NCBI GenBank assembly: GCA_013115125.1
Contig: JABANN010000231.1
Coordinates: forward strand, 1-50,206
Source of the DNA: Perkinsus olseni
Taxonomy: Eukaryota
Direction: 5' to 3'
Length of the DNA: 50,206 nt
The position numbers and the translations under genes are program-made. Under the pieces are notes generated by a model. That model searched no databases, was not told the DNA's origin, and saw nothing but the letters and a program-made list of their open reading frames with translations. Position 1 is the stretch's first letter; every line of letters starts with the position of its first letter. Positions 31,919 through 44,499 of this stretch are shown here, in pieces.

Positions 31919-33020
31919 ATGGGTATCTCCCGGTCCTACCTTCTCCTCTTCTGTGCAGTGGTTGCCCTTCTCGGTCTTGCCGTCTTCGCCATCACCACCG
32001 GCGTCCTCGTCTACCCCATCACCCGGCCAATCCCAGCTTGGTATGTCTACGCGACTGGCTACTTCCTCAGCGTCACCCTGCTCATCTTCGCTCCGTTGGG
32101 CGTCACTCGCTCGTCCGTCCACATTCAAGGCCTCACGAAAGGGCATCTCCGGTGTGCTTCTTATCGCCGCCATTTACGCCGGTCTCACCATTCTGACAGG
32201 CCTGTGGCTATCTTCGTAGGCTCACGATTTCTTCGAGGTTCGGCGTGAAGGTCTTGATTCGAGGACGCTGTCGAAACCCGCAATGGCAATTGTGCAGGAA
32301 ATTGAAGAAGACTTCACGAGCGTCTACAAGAACGCCGACTGTCGAAACGGTGGCCAAACTAGCGGGCGCTTCGATGGGATTTTTTCACCCGTCCGATGCG
32401 ATCACGATCTGACAGAGAAAGCTTTGAATGCCGCGGCGACGTTCCCGGAAGTTGGTCAGGACTCTGGGAGGGAGTATCTTATGTGTCTGGCGTTCCCCCG
32501 ACAACAGGTGGCCGACGTGAAAGGCGTGGTAAGCGGCGGGAGGATTCTTTCTGTGATTTTGATTTTCGCTCAGATTTGTATATCCCTTCATTGCTTCGTT
32601 TCTAGGCGTTCGGTTGGTAAGGAGATAATCGTTGACTCTTCTCCAAAAATTTTTTGACTGAAATTTATTCTACAGTGAGAAATTCTCATTGTAGAACAAA
32701 TTTTGGTAAATTCTTCACTGAGAAATGCGAAGCGGAATGTGCTCAGTTTGAGCACGATCATCACTGATCCTGATCATCGCAATCCCCTTAAGGGCGGCGT
32801 GAATAAGTTTTCTCTTCCTCAGACCGGCCTTTGGTGCCGTACAGGTAAAGTGGTGGTTAACAACATCGCCAAGATCACTCTTTGGTTGGCCATCATTATG
32901 TTTGCGCTCGCCCTGCTCTTCCTCTTGGCCGCAGTTGCTGCTTGGCGACAGAAGAGGAAGGGAATAAGGGAGCAGGTGGGCCCTCGTCCACGACCTCACT
33001 TCCAGCGCATGAAAGAATAG
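31919..33020 (+). CDS. Tetraspanin-like 4-TM membrane protein; exon junctions uncertain
   Basis: Three N-terminal hydrophobic segments (YLLLFCAVVALLGLAVFAI; YFLSVTLLIFAPLG; GVLLIAAIYAGL), a Cys-containing loop (NADCRN..VRCDH..LWCR) and a C-terminal TM (ITLWLAIIMFALALLFLLAAVAAW) with a basic tail. Confidence 0.55.
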
Positions 33021-33569
33021 ACGAGAGATGCTCCGCCAGCCCGACTGGCAGGACTGTGCGTGTCTTCGCTCAAGTCTCCGCTCGGTCGCCAGACTCATGT
33101 TGGGGTTCCGGCTCACAAATCGTCGTTGCTCTGTCTTCAGGTGCCCCCGGGATTCGGTGAGACTGCGCCGCTGATGATCGCCGGCACGAGGTTGACCTAT
33201 GCATAGAGCGACACCCTGTCAACGCTGTCGTGATTTTAGCCATGTTTGCTTACAGTAATGTTCAATCAAAGTGAACGCAGATTCTCGGTTGTTGATGAGG
33301 ATCACCTCATTGCCCTTGGCTAGGTACTCTGGGTTGTTGAACGCGCTCACTGCTAGCTGTAAGTCAAAGTTTTTGGGCTAAAATCTGATTCCTGCCGTCG
33401 TAGAATGCGAGATCACTCAGTATGATACGGCGCAGTTCGCCGAGTGGGTCAAATTTGCAGTTTCAGTATTACAGTTATCGTGGAGTAACAGTTTTACTGT
33501 AACATCATCTCGCTTTCGCTGGCATTCATGCGAGATTCGGAAGTCTGGTAAGCACGAGTTGACTCTGGA

Positions 33570-33678
33570 GTGCGGCTGTAATCTGTACCACTGGATACTG
33601 TGCGAGTTGTCACTGTGCGGCTGGAAACTGTACCACTGGATACTGTGCGAGTTGTCACTGTACGTCTGGACGCTGTAC
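33570..33678. repeat. 45-bp tandem repeat x ~2.4
   Basis: CTGTACCACTGGATACTGTGCGAGTTGTCACTGT at 33583 and 33628. Confidence 0.9.
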
Positions 33679-36600
33679 AGCTGCATAGGGTTCATGGTGC
33701 AGGTCCCTGATCTGAGATCAGGCTTGCACTGTATGCCAACGACACCGGGTGCCACGCTAGCATTCGAGTCACCTGCTAGCATGTCACCTTCACTGGAGCA
33801 CATGGTCAATGCTACAGCGGATCGTGATTCGCGGTGGGGTCCACCAGCGATCTAACGTTAGATCGCTAGTGTCCGACATCGCTCGCCTTGAAAATTCGGA
33901 TTAGCGAGCCGCTCGTTAATTACATTTCCAGGGTCCCGAGCTCGACTCCAATGTGAAAGCGGTCTCAGTTTCTACTAATGAGGTTCCTAGTCTTCATCGG
34001 ATTAGCACTCAGAGAGGTTTAAGAAGCATGAAGGGCAGCTGCGCTGATCTCGGACGGCCTGCACAGCTCATCCGCGTCTGAGCTGATATACAGGCGAGGG
34101 AGAGCTGGTGACATGATGGATGGTGTACAATTGGACATATCCGATTCAAACCATATGTTCGTCGCTGTCGACCCGGAAGCGCGGAAAGATAAGGTGAGTT
34201 CCACTTGTCGTATCAACAATACCGCACCGGATGGTAGATCTGGAGAGCTTCGAGCTCCGCAAGTCCCTAATTTGCGTATCACATAATGTGCTGCGTCATA
34301 TGATGAAGTATTATTACAGCGACGTTTCAAGCGCTGGTTTCAGTACGAGGGGTTATTCGACCCATACTCGCTGAATATCCAACCTTTCTCGGTTCTCGAG
34401 CGCCGCTCGTCCTGGTCGCCTCGCTGAAGCAGCTCTCTGCCCTGTTTAGGCAGTCGTTGGAAGAGTGGAGTGGGAGAAGGACCGCATGTTGCCCATCGCT
34501 GTTTTGAATCAAATGTAAGGCAGTGGGAGGTTTCTGAGTAGCATGAGCCTTTGGAAAAGGCTCAGAGAAAGTCTTTGCCCCAAAAACGATTGGACTGGGT
34601 ATTGGTACAGACCAGATTATCGGCTGCTTTGCTGCGATCAATGCACTGACTGGCCAACAAGACATGGAGAGCTTTCATGTTCTGTAATACAGCATTACAC
34701 AACAATACAGCATAGAGCTACTCAGAGCATTCTAGAATGATCCTAGTAGAATCGACTGTACCGACCAAGTCGATATTGAAAGCGTTGATCACTCAAACGC
34801 ATTATTGGTCTACTAGCTGGCGTGACGGCCTCTCACATTGTTGGAGGGCCTCCAATGGAGGCCCACGTTCGCAAAGCAACGGCCATCTGCATTCATAGTA
34901 AATGATATCCACTGGATATATGGTAAGTACTAGCAATGGACGCGGATAGCCACACCGGCGCGGTGAGTCACTCACAGAATTGAGCACATTTCCGAGTAGA
35001 AACTCAGGGAATATTGGGTTGCGATAGTCTGGTGTGTCAGTTCAAATCTTCTGCGAATTTGAGTGCGTCAATAGACGACTTATTGTTGAGTCAACAATGT
35101 TGACTCATCGGCTGTGTCCGATACAGCCGAAGAGTTGGTCATGATCTCTTCGTCCGCCCACAATTACTGACACAGTGTGTCAGTAAAACTCGGAGACGGG
35201 ATGCGGTGGTGGCCTGTATATCGGAATTCAATGTAATCCGTAGTTGGCAGAACCAGCGCGTCGGCAGCGCCATGCTCCCTAAGGCGCTCGGGGATGTGAG
35301 CGCACCCGCCTCGCCTGCACTACTCGCAATTTCGCCGCGTCTCTGCAGATCCGCGCGAGAATACCAGACGTCATGGCGGCGTACTTATTCGTTACCGATA
35401 CGAATACTTGGGCTATCAGACTTTATACGAGATTCAACTTTACTTGCATTCGATGTGAGTTCCCCGAAATTGAGGTTGCCTAGGGGTATGAACAACGGCG
35501 TTTCGAATGAGCTCGGGTCGGGGAAGCCGTGGTGGATGCGTGGCGCTCGAAAAGTGCGATTGAATGGGGGTTCCTCACAGTTACAATGATTTTACCTGTA
35601 CAATGATTGTAATACTATCCGAGCATACCCACTCCTTTGAAAGTTTCTCTTAAGACCTTTGAAAGTTTTTGCAAATGTTGACCGCTACGTTCAACCGTGA
35701 AGTGACTTGATCGTTCAGGTTATCCCTACTCACGCCTGTGCCTCTATTCTCATATCCTCGGAAATTTACATGCGCCATGTGACCTGTGTTCCCGAGACAA
35801 CGATGTTCTCCTCGACTTCACTGGTATTGTGTAGCATGGTACCGGAGATTCTATCTGGAAGTACTCGAAGTAGTTCCCTAAGCCGAGCTCATATTCCGCT
35901 CAGTACACTGCCCTTGCTGACTCGGTTCTAATGGACATGGAGTCCGGGCCGGACTGTCCGGCAATCTTTGAGATAACTTACTTGAATTCAGTAAATGAGT
36001 ATTGAGTCAATATCATTGACTCACCAGTTCTCATCAGTGATGAGGACTTTAGATAGGTGATGAGTCATCACCTATCTTTAGTGAGCACCGCTCACTGAGC
36101 AGCAGTGATAGATTCAATGATAATGGCGCTGCTGTCCTACGTGAACGAAGGGCAAGCTCCATGCGGGGTACCTCACGAGTTTTAACCTCTGCACCTCAAC
36201 CTCTCACCCTCTGCATCATGGGAGTTTTGATAATCGTGCAGCAAGTGTGCAGCTAAGTACACCACACTGGCACAACTTCAGTGTGCATGCGTGCAGACAA
36301 GATCCATAGCTTGCACGCACGGCGGGCTTGATCGGGAGTAGCCCCAGCCCTTGCGACCTCTCCCCTCCTGACTTTCACTTGCCATGCAACCTGAAGGCCC
36401 TTCTAGTTTGTGATGATCGATCTGAGCATCAAAGTCACCAGCAGGCCAAATGCCCCACGGCGGCTCTTGGGCCACGAGCTCCACAACGGAGTGCGGGTTT
36501 TGTGGTATCAGAGTGTGAGAACAGAGTGTGAGTTATCCAGCCGAGAGCGTCCTATCAAGAGCTTGTGAGATACAACGTGACGATCTGCCCCGCCCCGCTC

Positions 36601-37198
36601 TTCTACTCATACGGTGTGAGTTATACCCGCACGGTGCAATCCACACCAAGCCGTCTCTAAGCATTGGAGACAGCCACGACCATAGCGTCAGAGACTGTCT
36701 CCAAAACTCCGATTCCCGAATCAAGAACAGCAAAGCGTAGTGCACGGAAAGCCCTTTTTTTCAATTGCATTATCAATCGCGGCCTGCCGGTCCTCGGTTG
36801 AGGGACTCCGGCCTGCCGGACCGGTTGGGAAGCTTCTTTTCCGAAGAAATGGTCGCGATCATTTCGACTATCCTGGGTCTTCGCCGAGTACGTGCATGCA
36901 AAATACAAGAGCGACAGGTGATAATCTATTAGCCTCACGAGAGAGGCTCCTCGGAGATGACACGAGCAAGTAGTCGATCCGAGATTGAAAGCCCATCATA
37001 GAGACTGTACTCCGGTGACCAAGTCGACCAGTAGGCGAACACGTCGGATGTGGTGATTTGTCGCACGCATGCACAAAGGGAGTGACGTGGGTTCTAGTAG
37101 AACCGTTCTACCAGAAGGGGCCGCGTCACAGATTTCGCCGGAACGCGAAGGATGAGAATAGCCTGTGACTGTAGTTTTTTCACTTCCTCAATCTTTCA

Positions 37199-38615
37199 AT
37201 GTCTGACACGGACAGTCAACCAGCCTCAGACGCCAAAAAGCAGTTGGGGGGGCGTGAAGCCCAAGGGAAGGGTCCTTCTCGATTTTGACACACCTCCACT
37301 GCCACCAAGAGGTAACGTTCTCACGGGTTGGTCGACTCTGACCAAGTCAATCATCGGTGCCGGCATGCTGAGCTTTGCCGACGCTCAAGCCGTCTGTGGT
37401 TGGTCATTGGGTATCGTCCTTCTTTTCGTATTTGCCGTGTTGTCTTACTTTTCGCTTCATCTGATCAGCAGATGTGCCATGAAGATGCCCGGCAAGAGGC
37501 TGAGTTACAGCACCTTCGCTGTGGCTGCTGGATACCCGAGGATGCCCCTTTTCATCGACACTCTTATGTTCATCCATAATGCGGGTATTGATACCGCCTA
37601 CCTACAGGTCTTTGCTGGCCTTGGTTTGGCCCTCCTCGAAAATTGGTCCCCCGGCTCTACTGAAGGGAACAGGTTCTTGATCAGAGTTGGTCTTATCGGC
37701 CTGATCGTCGTCCTTCTCCTGCCGGTCTGCTTCCTCAAGCAAATCACCAACACCGCGATTACCAATATCATCGGCCTCAGCTGCTTCACGTATGCTATCC
37801 TAGCCGCCGTTATCTACTGCTTCAGTGTGGACGAGCAGCTCGGGGAGCGGTATGTGGGTGTGCCGCCGACGTCTAGCATATGGTCAATCTTGTCGGTCGT
37901 CCCAATCTTCATTTTCGGCTTCTCCTGCCACTTCACGATGCCCCTGGTTGCCGAGGATATGGTCAATCGGGACATGAAAAAGCTGGATACCGCCTCTTTG
38001 CTGGCGGTATCCTTCGTGACCGTCGTCTATCTGGCCGTCATGATAGCGCCGTACTACGCCTTCGGTGATACGGTAGAGTCGAACTTCTACCTCAGCCTAC
38101 CGGTCTCCAACATCGCTATTCATATCGGCTACATAGCTCTGCCATTCGCCGTCCTCACGGCCTTCCCCTTGTTGCTCCTACCAGCTAGGCAATCAATCTC
38201 GAGTGTCATCACCTACTTCTTCCCTCGCCTACAAGATACTCTCAAGCTCCACATCGGGACGACTGTGGCCTTTCTGGTCATCTGTACGGTGTTGGCCATC
38301 ATTTTCGAGGACCTCGGTGCCACCATCCAATTCATTGGTATCATCGGCACCAACTTCCTGGCCTTCGTTATACCATGCTTTGTCTACCTCAACATCTGCT
38401 ATACCCCAGTACCGGATGGAGCGAACCAGGGAGCCTTGGACAGCTCAAACGAGTTGGAGGTCAAAGACGATGATCAGCACGAAAAAACCAGTGTCTTCAC
38501 CAAACTTCGTAAACAATCTCTCGAATGGCACGGAGCATTAGCTCTCTTCATTATCAGTCTCATTTTCTTTCCCCTCTGTCTCACCGGATTAATAAACGAC
38601 CTCGTCAGTGCTTAA
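37199..38615 (+). CDS. Amino acid/auxin permease (AAAP, Aa_trans; SLC38/Avt-like) with ~11 TM segments
   Basis: TLTKSIIGAGMLSFA, IFIFGFSCHF, YYAFGDTVESN, FVIPCFVY. The probable true start is ATG 37199 (MSDTDSQ..QGK) joined by a 40-nt intron (37272-37311) to the long ORF; the rest is intronless. Confidence 0.93.
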
Positions 38616-39781
38616 GACCAACGTTGAGACGTTAATACTCAACGTAGTTGCTGGGTATATGCTAACGCTTGAAAGTAAATAAACTTCAAGCCTTATAGTC
38701 TCCTCGCCTTATGTGAGGCAGGCAACATTCTCTGCTGCTCATTCTGCTGCTGTCGGTCATCTCAGTATCATCTGTCTTTCAGAATCACAACTTTCCACAT
38801 CCTGAGTTGTGGGTGTAGTAGCATTGAACTCGTCTTTCATGAAATCAATCGTCGTCCAGACCCTTTCTCGGGCTCACCTAAGGGGGTCGTAATACGGTTT
38901 GGTCAGTCGTTGTTGTCGCGATTCCGATATCACAACCGAAATGGTATTCCGGTCACTTCTGTGGGTTGAGTTCATCACCTGAGTCACAGGCTGGGGTGCA
39001 TGGTTAGTCGATAGAGGGGACGAGCTGGAATGACTGGGAGGACGTCAATCCTCCTCACAGGAGTTGTTCCGAATCGGAGCGGGGCCCGCTCAGCGGGCAG
39101 GCTGATGACGCACCAGCACGATGAATGCAGAAGCAGCTCGATTCTCCCTTACTTTCACCATTCACGTGAGAATCGCACTTGCAACGAACCGAAACAGGCC
39201 ATCGACTGCCCTCATGTGAAGCTTAGTACTCACCGTTGGTACCGTTTATCGAGTAGGTGCGTTCAGTCAGGACGGAGGCATTGGCACGATCCACTTCAGC
39301 TCAATGGTTGAAAGGGTCACCCGAGTGCTGCAGATAATGATCGCACTCATCGAGAGGGATCCATCACCCTACTCAGTCGACCCTCTCCTGCTCACAAGCT
39401 GCCGCAGCGGCGCTGCGCATGGTCAATTACTGCCGACCGCTGAGCCAAGGGAGCCCGGGAGCCACTCCTGTGGAATTAACAATCGGACCAGAAAAACGTT
39501 CTCGATTCTCGCAATCCACAATCGGCATTGACAAGTTGTGGAACAAAAGGACTCTATATTGAAGCGGGATAATCATTCTTATTCTGTGTACAGGGGCTGC
39601 TCTTCAGCTACGCACAAGATAGCTATGATATGGGACAGCTATTGCACAATTGGCAATCGGACGGGACGGTCCGCCACTTTGGCCGAGCTGTGTTCAATAC
39701 ACCTCCAGAGTGTTCTCCGCAAAAATCAAAGCATCGCCAGTGTCGTACTGCTCGCTGGCTGGGCGCTATCTCATCATCTCA

Positions 39782-42700
39782 TCATGAGATTCGTGGATCG
39801 GAAATAAAGTCTTCATCACAATCTCGAAACATCGTGTAACGAACAACAATTATCATCATCAATTCACCTCCTCCGCCCCGAGACTCCTCATCCGTACTGC
39901 TGCCAAACGAGAGGCGATGAAACGCATAAAAATCTCGCCCTAAAGAAACGCCTTCCGCAAACGACTCAACTGAAATCATTTTCCGGGCGCGCGACAGACC
40001 TTGCCATTTCGGTCCTTGAGTACGTCCATGGCCTTCCCCGGCTGTTCGTGTAATTGTGCCATATCACCTTCCGAGGCCAGCTCGGACTCGATAGACCGGA
40101 CAGAGGAGAAGGAAGGTGCCTGAAAAGGACGTCCACCAGGAATCGAACCGGAAGCGTCGGATGCGCTACCCTATTGAGCCATTCGTGATTTGATAAAACC
40201 GTCATAGCACCCTAGAGGCATTGGAAACTCCCCAGCAATGGAATAGAAATTTGTATCCGATCATCCACCCTCCCCCCTTACCCCGTCCTCACGTCCGCTC
40301 ACTAAAACCACCCTCTGCGGAACCCGCCGTTTCTCCTCTGGGCCTGCACGGCGCATTCGAAAAACTCCCCACTTTCGTCAAAACTCACATCCCAATGGCA
40401 GTTCATCTGGGTTCAACACGAAGAAGCCTGCGAACTCCTTTTCCATCCTCCGACCGATCTCCAAAGCAAGAGTCCCTTCAGAAATCACAATAAATGATGA
40501 ACATGAAACGCTTCGCTCCGCCCTCACCTCCCTGCCCAACACCGAGAAAGGCGATTTCGCTGCTTGTCCAGCCGACTGTGCCAATCAACGTCTCGTTTAT
40601 ATATCCCGACAACTTGCAGAGTGACTCGAGCGACGCCCTCTCCAGGGATTCCTGACGATGAGTATTTTTTTGAGATCGAAAAGTTCCCGAAAGAGTCCAC
40701 GATTTACGGAAATCTCGCGAAGAACCAATATCATCGAGTTAGCTTTTTCCATCCTCTCTGACCTTTCCATCCGTCGATTGTTGAAATAAGATCCGTTTGA
40801 GTAACTCGAACTCAACTTGAATTGAGCTGAAGGATTATAATCGAAAACTCTGCTGTCCGCCCAACGCACGCTGCGCCCTTATCTCCCAGCGGAAGAATAT
40901 GTCCCGAAAATTCCCGAAAATTGCGTACGACCGAATTTTTTTCCTTAATTTCCTCATGCCAACAAAACGGCTATCCCCATTCCGCCTGATCATTACATCT
41001 CTGCGAGTCAATGGTTCTCCACCTCTCGCCCAATCGATGTTGTCGAACCAATAATACCCGATCTCCTCGCCGCCGGCTGGCAGAAGCTCCGACGGAAGAC
41101 GATGCGGTCCTGAGAGGTCGAACCATACACAGCGTGAGATGAAAAGATACGCTCACGAAGTAGTGCCCTCCCACCTTGTAGCACCAGGCAAGCAACTCCT
41201 GGCAGTTGCATTTTTTCGGCCATTTTTCCGAGCGCCGCTTTGCCGTCACCGAAACCGTGCAAGACAATCAAAAGCATCACCGGAGGCTCATCATCTTTAG
41301 GAGCAATGTATGTTACGTCAAATTTCGCTTCTGAAAAATTGAATTCAACAGCTGAGGGAAACTGGAAAATTCTCACCTGGTGGTCGCAATCTGATTGACG
41401 ACGATCGAGCCAGGGAGAAAATCCGGTTTTGTAATGAAATCTGAGAGGAAAAAAATGGAAAATTCGCCCGAATTTGAAGTACTACCTTCAGCGTTCTTTC
41501 CCGGGTAAAATCGTCCAGCAACTGCCTAGCACGACTCAACGTTCTCGTCGCATCTTCTCCATCCTCCGCGACGCCGATTAGAGCAGATATCAGGCGGTAG
41601 ATCTGAGAGAAGGATGATCCCAGTCGCCGAGATTCGCGGGAAATTTGGTATGCTAATCTTATCAATAATTCACCAGAAGTAAGTGATAATAATACCGGGA
41701 AAGACTATTCGCATCGGCTGATGTCCAGCCTACTGTGTCTGCCAGTTGAATTTGCAAGATGCTCAAACGAATGATTCGATCATTTGTCAATCATTCAACA
41801 ACTGCATGCGTGATGCAAATCACTTTTCTCCTCGTATCCAGTTCGTACGATAGAGTCTCACGATGAATCATACCTCAAACGAAAAGCAATCGAAATAAGA
41901 ATCCAGAAAGTGAGCAAGGTCAAATCGATCAACCGTTTCGCAGAAGATATCACCGGAAAACTGTTTCGTGCCGAATCGGGCTGTGGCATACCGTCATAGC
42001 AGCTCGTCAAATTCGACGAATCCATAAATCATTGATGATGAACAATAATGAATTCGTGTTGATCGACGTCCAACCTAAGATTCTCCATCCTTCCACAAGC
42101 AAATACGCAATTACCGTTTTCTCTCGCCTTTCGCCCAGCTTGCCATTCTTGATAAGATCTTCGCAAATCTCAGCCGCCTCGCAAAATCGTTCGAGTGCAA
42201 GAAGACACGCTGCCTGGTTGAGTTTTAATATAACTGAAAAGCTTCACAGGAAAATTGACAAAAAAACACAATTATTTACGGTAGATGCGGCCAAATTTTT
42301 TTTCGGGAAAATTTTCTCCTGGCCGCGAGGGTCGTGCACCGACACCCCGAACTTCGGGGCCCGAACTCTACGCTAGAACTAGCGTCGCAGCTCAAGTAGT
42401 ACGAGCTGCCCCACAGGCAACGGACTGACACAATCGGGCACAGACTAAGAGCGATACGGCACATTCTCATGCCATTCGCGGTCGGTCTTTCGGTGAAAAT
42501 GTCACTCCGGACGACCACCCATACAATACAAGGTTCGAAGTGAGCCCGGTGGGCTTTGGATGTGTCACTCGCCCACAATCCTGAACCAAGCTCAGGGACG
42601 AACCCCTGTTGCACAACATCTTCCCTGCGATAAACCAGCTCACTGGTTCAATACACCAGTAAACCCACGTAAGGCTATCTCAGGAGACCTAGTGCACACC

Positions 42701-43559
42701 ATGTTGGAGTAGCTGCTTGTCGTGGCCCCAGCGTACAAGCGTGCTAGGCATGCATGGAGCGCCAGCACGCGAATAAAATTAGGCATACTAGCCCCTGTCT
42801 CAAACAAATTTTAGATTGAGCATTTGCGACGCAGCGGCTAGGTCAACAAGCCCGGTCGCACAGGGAATACGTAGCCTGCGCAGCGTATGTGGCCAACACC
42901 TACCCCAACAGCCGAGGCAGAGCCCTCGCTGAGGAGTCCTCAGTATCGAACGGATTACAGGGGTCGAAGACGCTGGGCTCAGCATTGGTGCCAAATGCGA
43001 CACCCATGGCATGGACAATGACCCTGATGAGCTCCACGGAGTTAATATCAGTCAAATAATCACATTTCAAATACCCCTGCAACGACCAACCGCAACGTGT
43101 GGAATGGGGTGGTGTGATGCCGCCTAACCACGCGCCCAGAAGCCCTCGATAATTTCTGAATCCACGCCCTCCAGTTCAGCTACATCGCCATCAACTAGGG
43201 GGAAAACTAGTCCACGGAGTTCGCCTTCCTCATGCGCAGCAAGGTGGCCACAAATTCGCCGGTCGAAATGAGATACCCCAACACTCACTCTGGCGAGCAG
43301 CAGTTCAGCCCCTCCTGATACCTCTCGAGCGCCTCTGCGAACTTCCGCTCGGCGTATCTTGAACGAGAAAAAACAAGAAATTCTTCACCGAATCATGATC
43401 ACGAGAAGCGCAAGTCGATGAGACGCTTGAATGTTGCATTCAATAAAATCGCGAAATTTATGCGAAATTTTCCAAAAAATTTTGGCGGGCGGATTTACAT
43501 CTGATTCTTTATTACAGAGCATTCCCCTCATGCTTCAACTTGTCAGCCGAAGTTGACAT
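39782..43559 (-). CDS. TPR-domain plus phospholipase/carboxylesterase-like (Abhydrolase_2) protein, multi-exon
   Basis: MSTSADKLKHEGNAL|YAERKFAEALERYQEG and LKLNQAACLLALERFCEAAEICE (TPR). LIVLHGFGDG..LPGVACLVLQG|PHRLP..GYYWFD and IAFLGVGQG|GTLALEIG (hydrolase fold). Middle exons are not fully resolved. Confidence 0.7.
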
Positions 43560-44499
43560 CGTAGTAGTAGACGGCGTTTAGTAAAATTGTGAGTTATCTT
43601 AGCGCGCGCCAATATGATCGATAATAACGTATCCTGAGCTCATCCTTACCGGCCGGCCAATGTGAATCGTTACGAGGGATCTTAGGTTGAGCATGGAAGA
43701 TACGCAATAGGTTGAATATTTCACTAATGGTCCTTTCATCATCCCGTCTCCTGCATCCGTTCAGAGTGTCATCAAGATGTCTTCACGTCGCCAAGCCGAT
43801 CTCTCCCGATCCAACGGAGATGATGGGCGTCATCTCCGCAGCCTCTAGGTAAGATCCATTACGAGTTGTGGAAAATTTGGTATTGAATTGGTCGATAGTA
43901 TTAATAAATTTGTGTAAAATGCGGTATGAACCGCTGTGTTCGTCATTGGAGCTTCCCATATACGCCGTGCTGTACATCGCCACGAGGTCAGCACAAAGGG
44001 CGCTTCCGGCTGTCGCGACAATTTCACACAATAATGGTCTTCGAAAACTATTTGTCTATTATCTCAGAGAACAATCCATTTCTCTCAGATCGTCATTTCA
44101 GTGCCGTTCGGGAACTGAGACAGTCTCGTCTACGGGGCGAAACGCTAAACACATTAACGCCGTTAATGTCGTAAAAAAGTCAATTCTCCTTTTCGAGGAC
44201 GGCCGCTCATCGCCGAATTTTCCGGAAAAAAATCCTCGCATGGCTTAATACTTTTGTAAAACGCGAAAAGCTTCTCTTGAACTTAGAAAAAACTTTTCCC
44301 TACTTCAAGAAAACACCACAGCTGAAAGAAAGTGTCTAAAATTTGTTCTACCCTCTGCGCGAGCGCTAATGTCCGTTCTCAATAAGCTTATCCAAACGCA
44401 TCCCTCTTAGAACGAGATACGTCAGTGGTAGTCCGTCGACTAAGCCGGTTTTCTGGTGCTAATTCGATCGAAGGAATTTGGTTAATCGTCGTTTTTTGA

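Noticed and set aside
34330-34740. Degenerate reverse-transcriptase fragment (AFGKGS..GIGTDQIIGCF)
   Set aside because: The resemblance is vague, there are several stops and no (Y/F)xDD motif is visible; it cannot be supported without an HMM search.
37152-37198. ORF-track start MRIACD of the permease
   Set aside because: ATG 37199 plus a phase-consistent 40-nt intron gives a more plausible N-terminus, preceded by an AG and a pyrimidine-rich leader.
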